From a virus: a stretch of DNA of 64,000 bases. Each line of letters begins with the position of its first letter. The stretch's first letter is position 1. The position numbers and the translations under genes were made by a program. This document shows, in pieces, positions 20,024-30,110 of this stretch. The notes beneath the pieces were generated by a model, which was not told the origin of the DNA, searched no databases, and saw nothing but the letters and a program-made list of their open reading frames with translations. The stretch covers positions 51,225 to 115,224 of the IMG/VR virus record IMGVR_UViG_3300002092_001594, one strand, 5' to 3'.

Positions 20024-20041
20024 TGTGCTTTATTTTTAATT

Positions 20042-22048
20042 TTACCCAGTCGATGACCCTCTTCCACCTCTTCCAAGTCCATTTACCACGTTAGTATTAT
20101 CTTGAATCATTGGCGGTACTGTAAAGAAGTCCTTATTAAGAGGAGAAGGAGTATTAGTTGCTTTTTTAGGAGTTGGATACTTTTTAATCACTTTACTTGC
20201 TGGTTGTGGTGTTGGTTTTGATGCAGTAACTGCTGCTACTGCTGCAGGTGTGGTGGCTGCTACTGCAGGTTGCTGCTGTGCAAGTATACGTGCTTTATTA
20301 GTAGCATTTGGATTTGGATTATCAATTGCTGTATCAGAAAAATTACTACCGTTAGCAATAATAGGAACGTAAGGCTGTTCGTAAGTTTCTCTTCTCGGTA
20401 AAATATCCATAATAGGCTTGAACGAAGTAGTCACCGTAACAACGTGAGGTAGTTGAGCTACGTTTGTTTCGTTAGGATTTAACATTATCTCCCAAGAAGT
20501 ATTAGTATTATCAATTGTTATATTTACGTGCTCTAAGAATCCAGGCATTCTATAAATATAATCACCAATTGTCAATTTAACAACACTTCCTCTCATTAAA
20601 TTTGAAGTAGGAGAGTAGTCTGGATATACCTGAGATACTAAGTTATTAAGTTTTCTGTATAAAGGAAGAAGTTCTACTCTACTTTGCGGAAATATTTTAA
20701 AAGAGAAGCTAATAGTTCTATCGTATCCTTGGTAAGTTCTAAAAGTTTCACCTCTACCTAAATACTTAAATGAACTAAACTCTGCCTGGTTTGTATCGCT
20801 TACTTGTCCGTCAAGGAAAGCTCTAAATATAAGAGCTACTGCATCACCCGGGTTATCATTTGACATACATTCAAAAGCAAACTTAATAATGTCTTTAGTA
20901 TTGTGGTTGTCAGTTGCATTTGGACTGGCATTCCAAGGTGTGTTTGTACTTGCGTTAAAGTAAAATAAGTTTTTTTGGTTTAGTAAGTCAATTCCGTTTG
21001 GTTTTGAATCTGTATAATCGGTACTAAATAAAAAGCCACCTGGATTACCTATACCTAAACCTCCGACTCCGTTGTTAGGATTTGCAATATTGTAAACACT
21101 GTAATCTGACTTTACTTGATCCCCGGATAACTGAGATCTAAAGTCTTGAATTCTAGCAACAGTAGGTAATGCCGCATTAACAGTATCCTGTGTTGCAAGT
21201 TGAGCATAAGTCATTCCTATACTTGAATAAGCAACACCTGTTACTAAGTTTGCAGTAGGTTGTGTTGACATTGCAACTCCCTGCGAGTCAGTAGCTCTAA
21301 AAATTCTTGTAAATCCAATACCGTAATCAGAACCAGGACCTCCTGGGTAATTAAATAATTGACTTTGTATTGTTGATATCCCTAAGCGATCAACTAAAGC
21401 CGGGTCAAGGCTAATTCCGTTAACTGGATTTGAATTCGTTGTAAAGTTAAGATTACTATTTAAATTAAGTTTTAAAGCTTTTAAAATAGTAAGTCTGTTA
21501 GTTAATTCTGTATTGTTATCAGGATTACCTACAATATACTGGTAAGTCTGTCTAACTGATTCATAGATGTTAGGACTTACTCCTTGTCTATTAAAATGTG
21601 TTCCATTTCCTTGAACAGCTACTTGTGCTAATGTATTAGCAGGGTTATAGACCTGTGTTACAGGTATTACTGCATTCCCTATTCCTACACCTATAAATTG
21701 TAGTGAATTAGGTACCTGTGTTAGCGGATTAGTTAACTGTAATCCTTTTTGTTTATTAATAAAAGCATCTCCAAGTGGTGCACTCTTAAAAAACTTTTTA
21801 ATACGTTCAGTATCTATCACTGCCGCCTGTGTAGTATAGGTTCCATTATCTAGAGAGCTTAACGCTCCCCCTCTTATTGGGAAATCTAAGCTAGTTCTAT
21901 TAAGTTCATAAAACCTCTTAGTCTCCGCAGGGGTATTAGCATTCTCAATAGGATTTTGGATAAATGGTTGACCGCTATCACCACCTCCAGGTTGATCCAT
22001 GCCAAATCTTAGATTAGTAAAATTAGTTTTAAAGTTTATAAGAGGCAT
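20042..22048 (-). CDS. Baseplate tube-initiator-like protein
   Basis: FRAFL..YLGRGE.F.TYQGYDRTISFSF, LTIGD; position after the tape measure gene. Confidence 0.6.
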   Translation of the reverse strand: MPLINFKTNFTNLRFGMDQPGGGDSGQPFIQNPIENANTPAETKRFYELNRTSLDFPIRGGALSSLDNGTYTTQAAVIDTERIKKFFKSAPLGDAFINKQKGLQLTNPLTQVPNSLQFIGVGIGNAVIPVTQVYNPANTLAQVAVQGNGTHFNRQGVSPNIYESVRQTYQYIVGNPDNNTELTNRLTILKALKLNLNSNLNFTTNSNPVNGISLDPALVDRLGISTIQSQLFNYPGGPGSDYGIGFTRIFRATDSQGVAMSTQPTANLVTGVAYSSIGMTYAQLATQDTVNAALPTVARIQDFRSQLSGDQVKSDYSVYNIANPNNGVGGLGIGNPGGFLFSTDYTDSKPNGIDLLNQKNLFYFNASTNTPWNASPNATDNHNTKDIIKFAFECMSNDNPGDAVALIFRAFLDGQVSDTNQAEFSSFKYLGRGETFRTYQGYDRTISFSFKIFPQSRVELLPLYRKLNNLVSQVYPDYSPTSNLMRGSVVKLTIGDYIYRMPGFLEHVNITIDNTNTSWEIMLNPNETNVAQLPHVVTVTTSFKPIMDILPRRETYEQPYVPIIANGSNFSDTAIDNPNPNATNKARILAQQQPAVAATTPAAVAAVTASKPTPQPASKVIKKYPTPKKATNTPSPLNKDFFTVPPMIQDNTNVVNGLGRGGRGSSTG

Positions 22049-22049
22049 T

Positions 22050-22280
22050 CTATGATTTATTAGCGGATTTTAAATAATCAAGGTATGTAGGTTGCGGCTT
22101 TGAATTATAGGTAACATCTAAGGGAACTTGTGACACAGGAATTACAGAAGAAGCTAAAGGTACGGAAGAACCTCTTAAAACAGTTGCTACGTTTTGAGGA
22201 GTGCCTTCAAAAATACCTGTAGGATTAGTTCGTCCTTGTTTACTTAATTGTGATTTCTTTATTTGTCCTAGTAATGCCAT
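22050..22280 (-). CDS. Small putative virion protein
   Basis: Between tape measure and baseplate genes. Confidence 0.55.
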   Translation of the reverse strand: MALLGQIKKSQLSKQGRTNPTGIFEGTPQNVATVLRGSSVPLASSVIPVSQVPLDVTYNSKPQPTYLDYLKSANKS

Positions 22281-22289
22281 AATAATTAT

Positions 22290-24536
22290 TTATTTTGTAC
22301 TGTTTCCATATCCTGGTGTCTTTATTATTTCTTTTACAACAGGAGCTGTGATTTTTTCTGCCCCTACCTCTGTAGTGTGATGGAAGGTTAGTGCTATTGG
22401 TCTTTGCTCTGCATTTGCTGCTGCTGCTTGAGAATTTGCAGCTGTTACATTTGGGTTTATTGGCTCAGTCATACTTTCACCTTCACCTCCAGCAAAATTA
22501 TACTTTCCTAATCCAGTTCCTCCCATTAATGCTGTTAAAGCTCCGTAAGTTGCAATACCTATACCTAAAGCTGCTGGACCTGCATAAGCAGACCCGGCTG
22601 TTACTGCTGCTGCAGCTTGTACTGCAGTTATAGAAGCGAGTATTTTCATTGCTTCGATAGCTACACCTAGTATTTGAGGTAGATGTTGAATTGCACTTGC
22701 AATACCTTTAAATATACTTTTTATTCCATTTGCTATTGATTTAACATTTTCGCTTTTAGAGAGAAATTTAGTTATATCGTCTACTAATTGCGCTAATGGT
22801 CCAGCAACTATAGAACCTAGAGTATCTTGAAGTTTTTCTATTGCTGATTGAAACTTGTCTTGTATAGAGGCTTTTTTTAGATCTATTCGCTCTTGTTCAG
22901 TTAACTGCTCTGTAATTAATTTTTGACCTTCAACAGTTTTCATTAACTCTCCGTATCTATCTTCTAAAGACTGGCCCTGTTGTACGCCTAATCTATTAGA
23001 CTGCTGTTGTTTTAATAGTATCTTTGAGTACTCTTCTACACTTAAACCTACTGCCGCTGCTTCTGCTTGTCTTGCGATAACGTTTTCACCCATAAACTGC
23101 TGATAAGTAGCTCCTTGTCTGTTAAGCTCTTCCATTAAGTTCTTAGTATCACCTGCAAGTGCAAATTCTCTAGCCCTTGTTAAGTTAATGTCTCTACCTG
23201 TTAGTAACTGTGCTTCAAATTCTTTACTTATGCTTGATTCAAAGTCTAACAAAGTCTCGCCTTGTTTGTTGATAGTATCTAAAGTAGTTCCTAATTTAGT
23301 TGCTCTAACAATAGCATCTCCTAATGCACCAACATCGCCTTTAAAATTAATTAGTACAGCAGCACTTGTTTTAGCAATACCGTCAAGTATTTGCTTTTGC
23401 GATAACAGTAATCTATTTCGTGCACCTTCAATATTCCTACTCACATTTAAAGTACTCATCGTTTCTTCTAAGGTCTTTCCTGAAAGGGTAGATTGAAGTG
23501 TAAGTGCGGACATATCTTCTGCTGAAGCACCTAGTCTTTTTTGAATTAAAGTAGCTGTCTCTAAAAACTCTTTATTGGTAGGGGCCATAAAACCAAGGCT
23601 GTTAGAAATCTCGGCATAATTTTTAGCTAGTTGAGAGGAAGAAATACCTAAACTTTGAGAACTGTTTGCCATATCGACAAACTGCTTCTGTAAAATAGAT
23701 GCTTCATTTACTGTAACTCCTACATTTTTAGCTATATCAAAAGTGTTCTGGTCGAATTTTAAGCCAAACTGTATAGCGGTTTTAAATAAACTTATTATGC
23801 CTGAAATTGCAGAAGTTATTAATTTGAATGCACCTGCTGCAATTACTAAAGGATCTGTTAAACTTTCCTTTAGACTTGCTCCCATTTCCTTAATTCCGAC
23901 TTGAAATACTTTCCACCTACTGTTATTTTCTGCAGCAGCTTTTTCCATCGCTTCGGTTGCTCTTTTTGCATCAAGTAACTGTCCAACAATCGGAATTTTT
24001 GTAAAACTTTGCATAATTTGACCTGTCCTACCTAAAGCTCTTTCATTTTCTTTTGCAGTTTTAAGTTGATTATTTAAGATATCTAGCTGTCTTTGTATAT
24101 CTTCTGTAATTTGAGCTGTTAACTCTTCTCTTTTTAAATCTGATTCAACTCCCTGAGCTTCTAAAGAAGCAAGAGAACTGTTAATACTTAACTGTGAGTT
24201 TTTTAATTTTTCAATTTGAGATTCAATCTTAGATTGAGATAGTAACTTTTTGCCTACGTTTTGTTGGATAGCTTCACTTTCCCCTACTACTTTTCTTGCT
24301 GCTTCTAAGCCTTTTACTAAGTCTTTAGTTGTTGATTGAGCTATTTTTTTAGAGACTGTGTCCCAGTTATCAATTTGATCGTTAATATCATGACTTAAAA
24401 TAAATGAGATAGACTTCAAAGTGTCTTTGATTTCTACAAAGGTATCTTTAAGCTTTTGAGTATTGTTGATATTCTCACTACTTGCTCCTGCATTATCTGC
24501 AGGATCGGCCATATAAAATTTTTTAAGTAGTTCCAT
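22290..24536 (-). CDS. Tail tape measure protein
   Basis: Long helical Ala/Gln/Lys-rich protein with hydrophobic segments; LLDFESSI..EFEAQLLTG; follows tube and chaperone genes. Confidence 0.8.
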   Translation of the reverse strand: MELLKKFYMADPADNAGASSENINNTQKLKDTFVEIKDTLKSISFILSHDINDQIDNWDTVSKKIAQSTTKDLVKGLEAARKVVGESEAIQQNVGKKLLSQSKIESQIEKLKNSQLSINSSLASLEAQGVESDLKREELTAQITEDIQRQLDILNNQLKTAKENERALGRTGQIMQSFTKIPIVGQLLDAKRATEAMEKAAAENNSRWKVFQVGIKEMGASLKESLTDPLVIAAGAFKLITSAISGIISLFKTAIQFGLKFDQNTFDIAKNVGVTVNEASILQKQFVDMANSSQSLGISSSQLAKNYAEISNSLGFMAPTNKEFLETATLIQKRLGASAEDMSALTLQSTLSGKTLEETMSTLNVSRNIEGARNRLLLSQKQILDGIAKTSAAVLINFKGDVGALGDAIVRATKLGTTLDTINKQGETLLDFESSISKEFEAQLLTGRDINLTRAREFALAGDTKNLMEELNRQGATYQQFMGENVIARQAEAAAVGLSVEEYSKILLKQQQSNRLGVQQGQSLEDRYGELMKTVEGQKLITEQLTEQERIDLKKASIQDKFQSAIEKLQDTLGSIVAGPLAQLVDDITKFLSKSENVKSIANGIKSIFKGIASAIQHLPQILGVAIEAMKILASITAVQAAAAVTAGSAYAGPAALGIGIATYGALTALMGGTGLGKYNFAGGEGESMTEPINPNVTAANSQAAAANAEQRPIALTFHHTTEVGAEKITAPVVKEIIKTPGYGNSTK

Positions 24537-24566
24537 GTATATAAATAGTTCAAAAGAAAAAAGTGT

Positions 24567-24857
24567 CTATTTTCTAGACACTTTGCTCGTATAGGTTGGG
24601 GTTGAATCTGTTAGCTTAGGTATATTAGGTCTTGTAACTGGTGTATTTGCAGTAACCATCTTACCTTTACCTACTGCTTCATCATATTCTTCTCTTTCTT
24701 TCTTGTAAAATTCGTTTATTGAATTGAATGTATACCTTCTAAGCCAAATTGGCATATTATATACAGTTTCCCAGTCAAAACCTCCTTTTCCGTAAAATAC
24801 TATTTCGTGAATTTGCTTGAAAACAGCAGCTCTATATTCAGGCGGTAGGATAAAAAA
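24567..24857 (-). CDS. Frameshifted C-terminal extension of the tail assembly chaperone (gpGT-like)
   Basis: Frame opens just after a TAG at the T7 run (24852-24858): FFILPPEYRAAVFKQIHEIVFYGKGGFDWETVYNMPIWLR...; no ATG/GTG/TTG before the Met at 24755. Confidence 0.65.
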   Translation of the reverse strand, partial: FFILPPEYRAAVFKQIHEIVFYGKGGFDWETVYNMPIWLRRYTFNSINEFYKKEREEYDEAVGKGKMVTANTPVTRPNIPKLTDSTPTYTSKVSRK

Positions 24858-25593
24858 ATGATACTCCTAATGGTAGATCTACACCCTCCTGTGTGTAGCC
24901 GTCAGAACCGACAAAAGTAAAAGTTAAATCTAAATCTGGAGATACTGTTCTCATATACTCTCTTAATGCTTTAGCATCTGAGGCTAGTAGGAAGTTATCA
25001 ACAAAATCTCTAATATCTTTCTTTTCTCTACTGCCGTTTACAGCAATAACTGATTGTTTTAATCTTGTAGTAACTTCTGCAGATAAGTTAACTTTTTTAA
25101 GTCCTTTTAATTCATCCTCAATTTGTCTTTCGTCTTTATGAGTTAAAATTTTAAAAGTTATTTCATTTTTAGACTGCGGTAATGTAAAAGTAAATTCATT
25201 AGCATTATTAAAAAGGCTATAATCTACTTCTTTATTTTTAATTTCTGCAAGATCGACGGTAATTATTTCGTCTTCGCCCGTCACTGGATGTGCATACTTA
25301 ATCTGATAGTCTTTACCGTACCCTAAAACACGTGCTGCAATTAAAACAGCATTCTTGTCCCCGATAGTTAAATCGTCGTAGTTAATTTTAGATACAATTA
25401 AAGAGCTTAGTAATTTATCAAATACTACTCCTTGACGTATGTAGTTTTGATTAGATAAAATATCTTCTTCTTTAGCTGTCATGTACTTCATTTCGATAGT
25501 ACCTGACGATAGAGGGTTTTCTACTGGATATAGTAATCCTTTAGATGGTAGTTCAACGTTCTCTGTTGGGAGATTGAATTTTGTTTGTTCCAT
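24838..25593 (-). CDS. Tail/baseplate assembly chaperone (gpG-like)
   Basis: LPSKGL.Y, MTAKEEDIL, GD.NA.LIAAR..GYG; ends GVSFFYPTA; between tube and tape measure genes. Confidence 0.7.
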   Translation of the reverse strand: MEQTKFNLPTENVELPSKGLLYPVENPLSSGTIEMKYMTAKEEDILSNQNYIRQGVVFDKLLSSLIVSKINYDDLTIGDKNAVLIAARVLGYGKDYQIKYAHPVTGEDEIITVDLAEIKNKEVDYSLFNNANEFTFTLPQSKNEITFKILTHKDERQIEDELKGLKKVNLSAEVTTRLKQSVIAVNGSREKKDIRDFVDNFLLASDAKALREYMRTVSPDLDLTFTFVGSDGYTQEGVDLPLGVSFFYPTA

Positions 25594-25631
25594 AATCTTA
25601 ATTTAGTTATATATCAATAAATATCTAGAGT

Positions 25632-26282
25632 TTAACTTTTCTTGTAATAAATTTTAAAGCCTTTTTTCATTATACCTGGAAATTTTCTAAGTCTATCACT
25701 TAGCGAGCTAGGCGGCATGTTAATTACTTTAGCTAATTGTAATGCACTTCCTGCTTCTACACTTCTTCCGTCTTCGTATTCGCAAATAACTACTCCTTTA
25801 CTTGCTTTAGCATCTAATCCAACTTTACCGGTTTGGTCTTTTATTCTAGCTTCGGCCAGTTTTTGCCTACCTTCTTTCGATATGTCTGATTTCATTCCTT
25901 TAAATACTCTTGACTTGTTGTTAGTATTTCCTAATTGAGCCTTTCCTATTTTTTCTTTATGCTCTTCTGTTTTTCTACGAGTCCATAAATTCATTAATAA
26001 GATTCTAGCTTCTGCATACTCTTCTGCTGTTAGCTTTCTTTGTTTATCATAAGCTAGCCTGTGAAATGCCCATAGCATTTTTTGGCCATACTTTAAATGG
26101 TGTTTAAAGACTTCAGCTAAAATCCTATGGCATTCATAGTGTTCTTGCGGGGTAAGCAGTACTGTGCTAGACTGTTTATCAAAACTTTTAGGTACAATAT
26201 GATGTGCTTCGTAATAAACTTCGCCTTTTACTCTGCTTTCAGATAAGGCTTTTCGAATAATTTGAAAATACTCTTTTAACAT
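25632..26282 (-). CDS. HNH homing endonuclease (NUMOD3-type) inserted in the tail operon
   Basis: YYEAHHIVPKS...LTPQEHYECH, KTEEHKEKI NUMOD3-like motif, C-terminal HTH-like segment. Confidence 0.8.
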   Translation of the reverse strand: MLKEYFQIIRKALSESRVKGEVYYEAHHIVPKSFDKQSSTVLLTPQEHYECHRILAEVFKHHLKYGQKMLWAFHRLAYDKQRKLTAEEYAEARILLMNLWTRRKTEEHKEKIGKAQLGNTNNKSRVFKGMKSDISKEGRQKLAEARIKDQTGKVGLDAKASKGVVICEYEDGRSVEAGSALQLAKVINMPPSSLSDRLRKFPGIMKKGFKIYYKKS

Positions 26283-26284
26283 AA

Positions 26285-26319
26285 AAAAACTCCTTTCTAA
26301 TAAATAGTAAGGAGTCTTT
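26285..26319 (-). terminator. Hairpin plus U-tract after the tail tube gene, covering the AAGGAG in front of the HNH gene
   Basis: Minus strand ACTCCTT-A-CTA-TTTAT-TAG-A-AAGGAGT-TTTTTT-ATG. Confidence 0.6.
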
Positions 26320-26345
26320 AAAAAGTATAAATTTAGTACGCAGTA

Positions 26346-26831
26346 CTAGTAATTTAGTATTGCATAGTCAAGTCCGATTGTTAACTCAATAGTAATTGCA
26401 TCTTGGTTAGACCAATCATATGAACCGAAGTTTGATGTCTTAATGAATGCACCTTTAATGATCCACTCGCTAACCACATCGCCTACTGGACCTAAGATTG
26501 ATAAATTTAAATCTTTCTTATAGAAGTCAGAATAACCATCACGGCCAGTTACTGATTCATGTGATAAACGAATCCACTCCATTACGGCTTGTTGGCCTGA
26601 AGGAGAGATTGGGTTGTATAAGTTTAAAGTCATATCTTGCCACTCAGCCTTACCTTTAATCTTACGGTAAACGTTGATATGGTCGATTTTAACTTCGTTC
26701 AAGTTGATGTTTGGTGCAGTTGCACTTTTGATCATAAATGAAGGGATACCGTCAATATACATGATGAAACGGTTTTGAACGGTTGGTTCAAAGGCCGTAA
26801 ACATTATTTCATTTGGATCTAATACTGGCAT
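26346..26831 (-). CDS. Tail tube protein (gp19-like)
   Basis: FEP..QNRF, QAVMEW, YKKD, LGPVGD.V.EW.IKGAF. Confidence 0.9.
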   Translation of the reverse strand: MPVLDPNEIMFTAFEPTVQNRFIMYIDGIPSFMIKSATAPNINLNEVKIDHINVYRKIKGKAEWQDMTLNLYNPISPSGQQAVMEWIRLSHESVTGRDGYSDFYKKDLNLSILGPVGDVVSEWIIKGAFIKTSNFGSYDWSNQDAITIELTIGLDYAILNY

Positions 26832-26841
26832 TTTATTCTAT

Positions 26842-26863
26842 GTTTTATATAAATATCTACTAA
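26842..26863 (-). repeat. 22-bp element copy 1 (putative late promoter)
   Basis: gttttatataaatatctactaa, identical at 35029-35050. Confidence 0.85.
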
Positions 26864-26874
26864 TGTAAAACTTA

Positions 26875-27222
26875 TTAATCTTGATCACCTAAGTGCTTAC
26901 TTAAAGCAGCATGCAATTTATACATGTCTTGTTTTGATAAGCCCTTGATATCAGACATTACTTTATGTAAACCTTCTTTCTTTTCAGTTACTGCACCCTC
27001 TTCTGCTACTCTAGTCTCCATTTCACCCATTGTTGCCTCTTTATCAGTCTTTTGAACTTCAGGAGATGCAGCTTGAGCTTTAGATTGCTTAGGCATTTTA
27101 GGTTGCTTAACTGCTACAGTATATCCGTCATTTGCTTTTGCTTCTTTAATAATCTCTTTTGTAAGAGATTCAAACAATTGCTTAGATAAATGTAATCTAA
27201 CTTTCGTATTATTTTTCATCAA
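26875..27222 (-). CDS. Hypothetical protein
   Basis: ORF between sheath and tube genes. Confidence 0.6.
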   Translation of the reverse strand: MMKNNTKVRLHLSKQLFESLTKEIIKEAKANDGYTVAVKQPKMPKQSKAQAASPEVQKTDKEATMGEMETRVAEEGAVTEKKEGLHKVMSDIKGLSKQDMYKLHAALSKHLGDQD

Positions 27223-27242
27223 GTTGTTTTTTTATGTTTCTA

Positions 27243-29006
27243 TTAACCGAATGTTACTCCAGTTGGTAAGATGTTAAAGTCTAATTGGATGTATTCAGCT
27301 GTTCTAGTTGGTTGTAAGTAAATAGCACCTACAAGTAAGTTTCTATCAATTACATCTGGTGTGTTATTAGTTTCATCCATTACTACTCTGAATGCATACA
27401 AACCTTGTCTTTGTTGTACATATTCTAAGTAAGGATTAACTTGAGATGTAAATTTATTTCTAGTTACTGTTGTATTTTGTTCGAATACTAATGTTTGTGC
27501 AATTTGACCAATGTAACTCTTAAGTGCAATTAATAAACGTCTTACATTTACTCTATCTAAAGATGAAGCTTTAGCTTGTAATGTTTTTTGACCGTATACT
27601 ACTGTACCTTGACCTGGGAATACTGCAATTGGATTAACTTTAGAACTATATAAAGTATTTCTCTGGTTAACTGTCAATCTGATTTCAGGTTGAATTACTG
27701 TTGGTAAACCTCCTCTATTTAAACCAGCTGGTGCGAACCATTCTGCTGACACTTTATCATTGTACTCATATACCCCTGGAATTACAGTTGAAGCAGGTAC
27801 GAAATTTAATCTACCAGTCTCAGTAGATCTTGTTTGTACCCATGGGTAATAAGTAGCTCCGTATGAATTATCGTAAGTTTGAGCTGCTTGAGTTACTGAA
27901 TTAATTGTTTGATTATATCCAACTAAATCTACTACTGCAATTGCATCACCGCGATTTTGTACTGTTGATAATAAAGCACTAACTTGACTTGTTGCATTTT
28001 GAGTAGAGATGCCAGGTGCATAAATTGAATTATAAGCATATGCATCTTTATTAGCTAATAAGTTAATAGCTGTATCGTAATCACTAGCAAATACACCTTG
28101 AATATTTGTAGTAGGATCGCTTGCTACAGAAGGTATTGTAGGAATTTGTTCGAATAAATTTAATGGAGCAGTTCCAAAAGAACCGTATAAAGGACCAGTT
28201 GCGTTACCAAATGAACCGTTTGCAGATCCACTACCGTTTAAGGGAATAGAAGCTGTATATTGTGCTTGAGCTCTACCTTGTGGATTTAAATAATTCGGTG
28301 TCGGTGTAAATACGTTAGAAATTCTAATGTAGTTAGACAAATTAGGATAGCTACCTGTAACTTGGAAGTAAGCTTGACCGCTTTCGTCATATTTTACAGT
28401 TTGTGCTTGATCTCCAATTACGTAAGCAATATAATTATTTTGATTTGGATCTAAAGATAAGTTAGTCCAAGTTTCTAATACTGATTGATTTTGAGTATAG
28501 TCATTACCTTGTCTAATTAACAAAGTAAAATATCCAGAAGCGCTATCAGCTTGTGTAATTTGCCATCTAATATTATTTGAAGAACCAGAAGGTAAAATTC
28601 CGTTTACTGCTCCTGTAGCACCTTGGTTATTATTCATTACATTACCTACTGATATTGTTTCGATTTCAAAAGATGCAGATCCTAGACTATTAACTACAGT
28701 AGAAGAAGTAGCAGCAGTATAAGAACCGCTTGTTACTCTTGTTACTAACAGAGAAGTACCTCCTTGTTGAAAGTAATTATAAGCTGCTTGAGAAGTTAAA
28801 TATTCTTGTGTATTGCCTCCAGAAATGAAAGTAGTACCGAACTTAGCTGAATACTCAGAATAAGAAGTTACTAACGTAGGAGTATCTTTTCTACCAACTA
28901 CTGTAGGGCCGATTAATGCTGCTCCTACCGTGATAGGGCCTGTTGTTATTTGAGATTGATCGTTTTCTCTTAGGAAAACGCCTGGACTAATTAATGCTTC
29001 TGCCAT
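27243..29006 (-). CDS. Contractile tail sheath protein (gp18-like)
   Basis: SPGVF..E.D, YYPW, WFAPAG..RG, VNPI, GQKT, RVNVRRL, FEQN, P...EYI. Confidence 0.95.
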   Translation of the reverse strand: MAEALISPGVFLRENDQSQITTGPITVGAALIGPTVVGRKDTPTLVTSYSEYSAKFGTTFISGGNTQEYLTSQAAYNYFQQGGTSLLVTRVTSGSYTAATSSTVVNSLGSASFEIETISVGNVMNNNQGATGAVNGILPSGSSNNIRWQITQADSASGYFTLLIRQGNDYTQNQSVLETWTNLSLDPNQNNYIAYVIGDQAQTVKYDESGQAYFQVTGSYPNLSNYIRISNVFTPTPNYLNPQGRAQAQYTASIPLNGSGSANGSFGNATGPLYGSFGTAPLNLFEQIPTIPSVASDPTTNIQGVFASDYDTAINLLANKDAYAYNSIYAPGISTQNATSQVSALLSTVQNRGDAIAVVDLVGYNQTINSVTQAAQTYDNSYGATYYPWVQTRSTETGRLNFVPASTVIPGVYEYNDKVSAEWFAPAGLNRGGLPTVIQPEIRLTVNQRNTLYSSKVNPIAVFPGQGTVVYGQKTLQAKASSLDRVNVRRLLIALKSYIGQIAQTLVFEQNTTVTRNKFTSQVNPYLEYVQQRQGLYAFRVVMDETNNTPDVIDRNLLVGAIYLQPTRTAEYIQLDFNILPTGVTFG

Positions 29007-29059
29007 TTTATGTGTTTATTTCTGATAATAAATAGCTGGTAATGATGGCAAAACCTAAT

Positions 29060-29314
29060 TTATTGTATTAGGGTGATAACGCCGGTCTCTACATCGATAG
29101 AACCGTTACCGTACTTGGTGCCAAACCCTGTTAATAAGGTTTTTTCCTTAAGGGCGTTTTGCTTGATGACAGTATTTAGATTTTCAATTTCAAAGTCTAA
29201 AAGGGTCTTTCTATAGGTTAAATCACCTAAAACGCTAATGCTTTCAAAGATTTCTTCTCTAAGACCTTGAAACTCTTTAAGTTCTTCTTGTGTTAACGTA
29301 ACTTTTTCACTCAT
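29060..29314 (-). CDS. Small coiled-coil hypothetical protein
   Basis: KYG.GSID.ETG C-terminus. Confidence 0.6.
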   Translation of the reverse strand: MSEKVTLTQEELKEFQGLREEIFESISVLGDLTYRKTLLDFEIENLNTVIKQNALKEKTLLTGFGTKYGNGSIDVETGVITLIQ

Positions 29315-29319
29315 TTTAA

Positions 29320-29517
29320 TTACTTTTTAACTTTTTTAGCTAAAGTTTTAGCAACTTTTGCTTCCTTTTCTACTACTGTTTCTACTTCCTTTACTACTTC
29401 TTTAACCTCTTCAACTTTACCTTCTACCTTTTCGATAACTTGAGAGATCTTAGTTTTGTTTAATTTGTAGGCAACAAATAATGCTACTGCTACAATGATA
29501 ACGATTACTAATGTCAT
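29320..29517 (-). CDS. Small membrane-anchored protein
   Basis: N-terminal TM helix, K/E/V-rich tail; TATTTAT motif upstream. Confidence 0.6.
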   Translation of the reverse strand: MTLVIVIIVAVALFVAYKLNKTKISQVIEKVEGKVEEVKEVVKEVETVVEKEAKVAKTLAKKVKK

Positions 29518-29570
29518 AATGTGTGCTTTTATTGTTATTTTATATAAATATATAGACTTTTATAAGAACC

Positions 29571-30110
29571 TTAGATTTTAATACATTCAATATTCAAGCT
29601 TATTAAAGTACCGTTCTCTTTATCCATATGTGGAATATAAGCTTGTGAATAGTCATCAAAAGTACCGTGATCTACTTGTTTCCAGTCCCAGAGCTTTATA
29701 TTACTGAAGCCATTAAGGCTTAATAAAAAGTCTAAAGAACTATAATCGTAAATTGTTTTATGGTAGATTGTCTTATCTCCCATTTGCATTTTACCGTACA
29801 GAGGACCTAGGAATTTACTGATACTATGATCACTTGTATATAGTTTAACTATTTTTTTGAAGTCAGGAACTGATAATCTTAATATGCCGCCAGGTTTTAA
29901 GACCCTACGCCATTCATTTAGGACTGTAACAGCTTCTTCTCTATCAAAATACTCAAATACATGCGAGGCATAAATTAAGCTTACTGTATTATCTTCAAAC
30001 GGTATGTTTGTAATATCGTGAGAATGTAAATGAGGAAAATCTCCGCCGTCTATATGTGTCCATTCCGGACCAAAATCTTTTTTTCCGCAACCTAAATGTA
30101 ATTTTATCAT
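29571..30110 (-). CDS. Class I SAM methyltransferase
   Basis: LHLGCG, IYASHVFE, EWRRVLKPGG. Confidence 0.85.
   Translation of the reverse strand: MIKLHLGCGKKDFGPEWTHIDGGDFPHLHSHDITNIPFEDNTVSLIYASHVFEYFDREEAVTVLNEWRRVLKPGGILRLSVPDFKKIVKLYTSDHSISKFLGPLYGKMQMGDKTIYHKTIYDYSSLDFLLSLNGFSNIKLWDWKQVDHGTFDDYSQAYIPHMDKENGTLISLNIECIKI

Noticed and set aside
24780-24790. AAGGAGGT as the RBS for an independent 62-aa gene starting at 24755
   Set aside because: It lies about 24 nt from the ATG, too far for an RBS, and simply encodes KGG in the frameshifted frame
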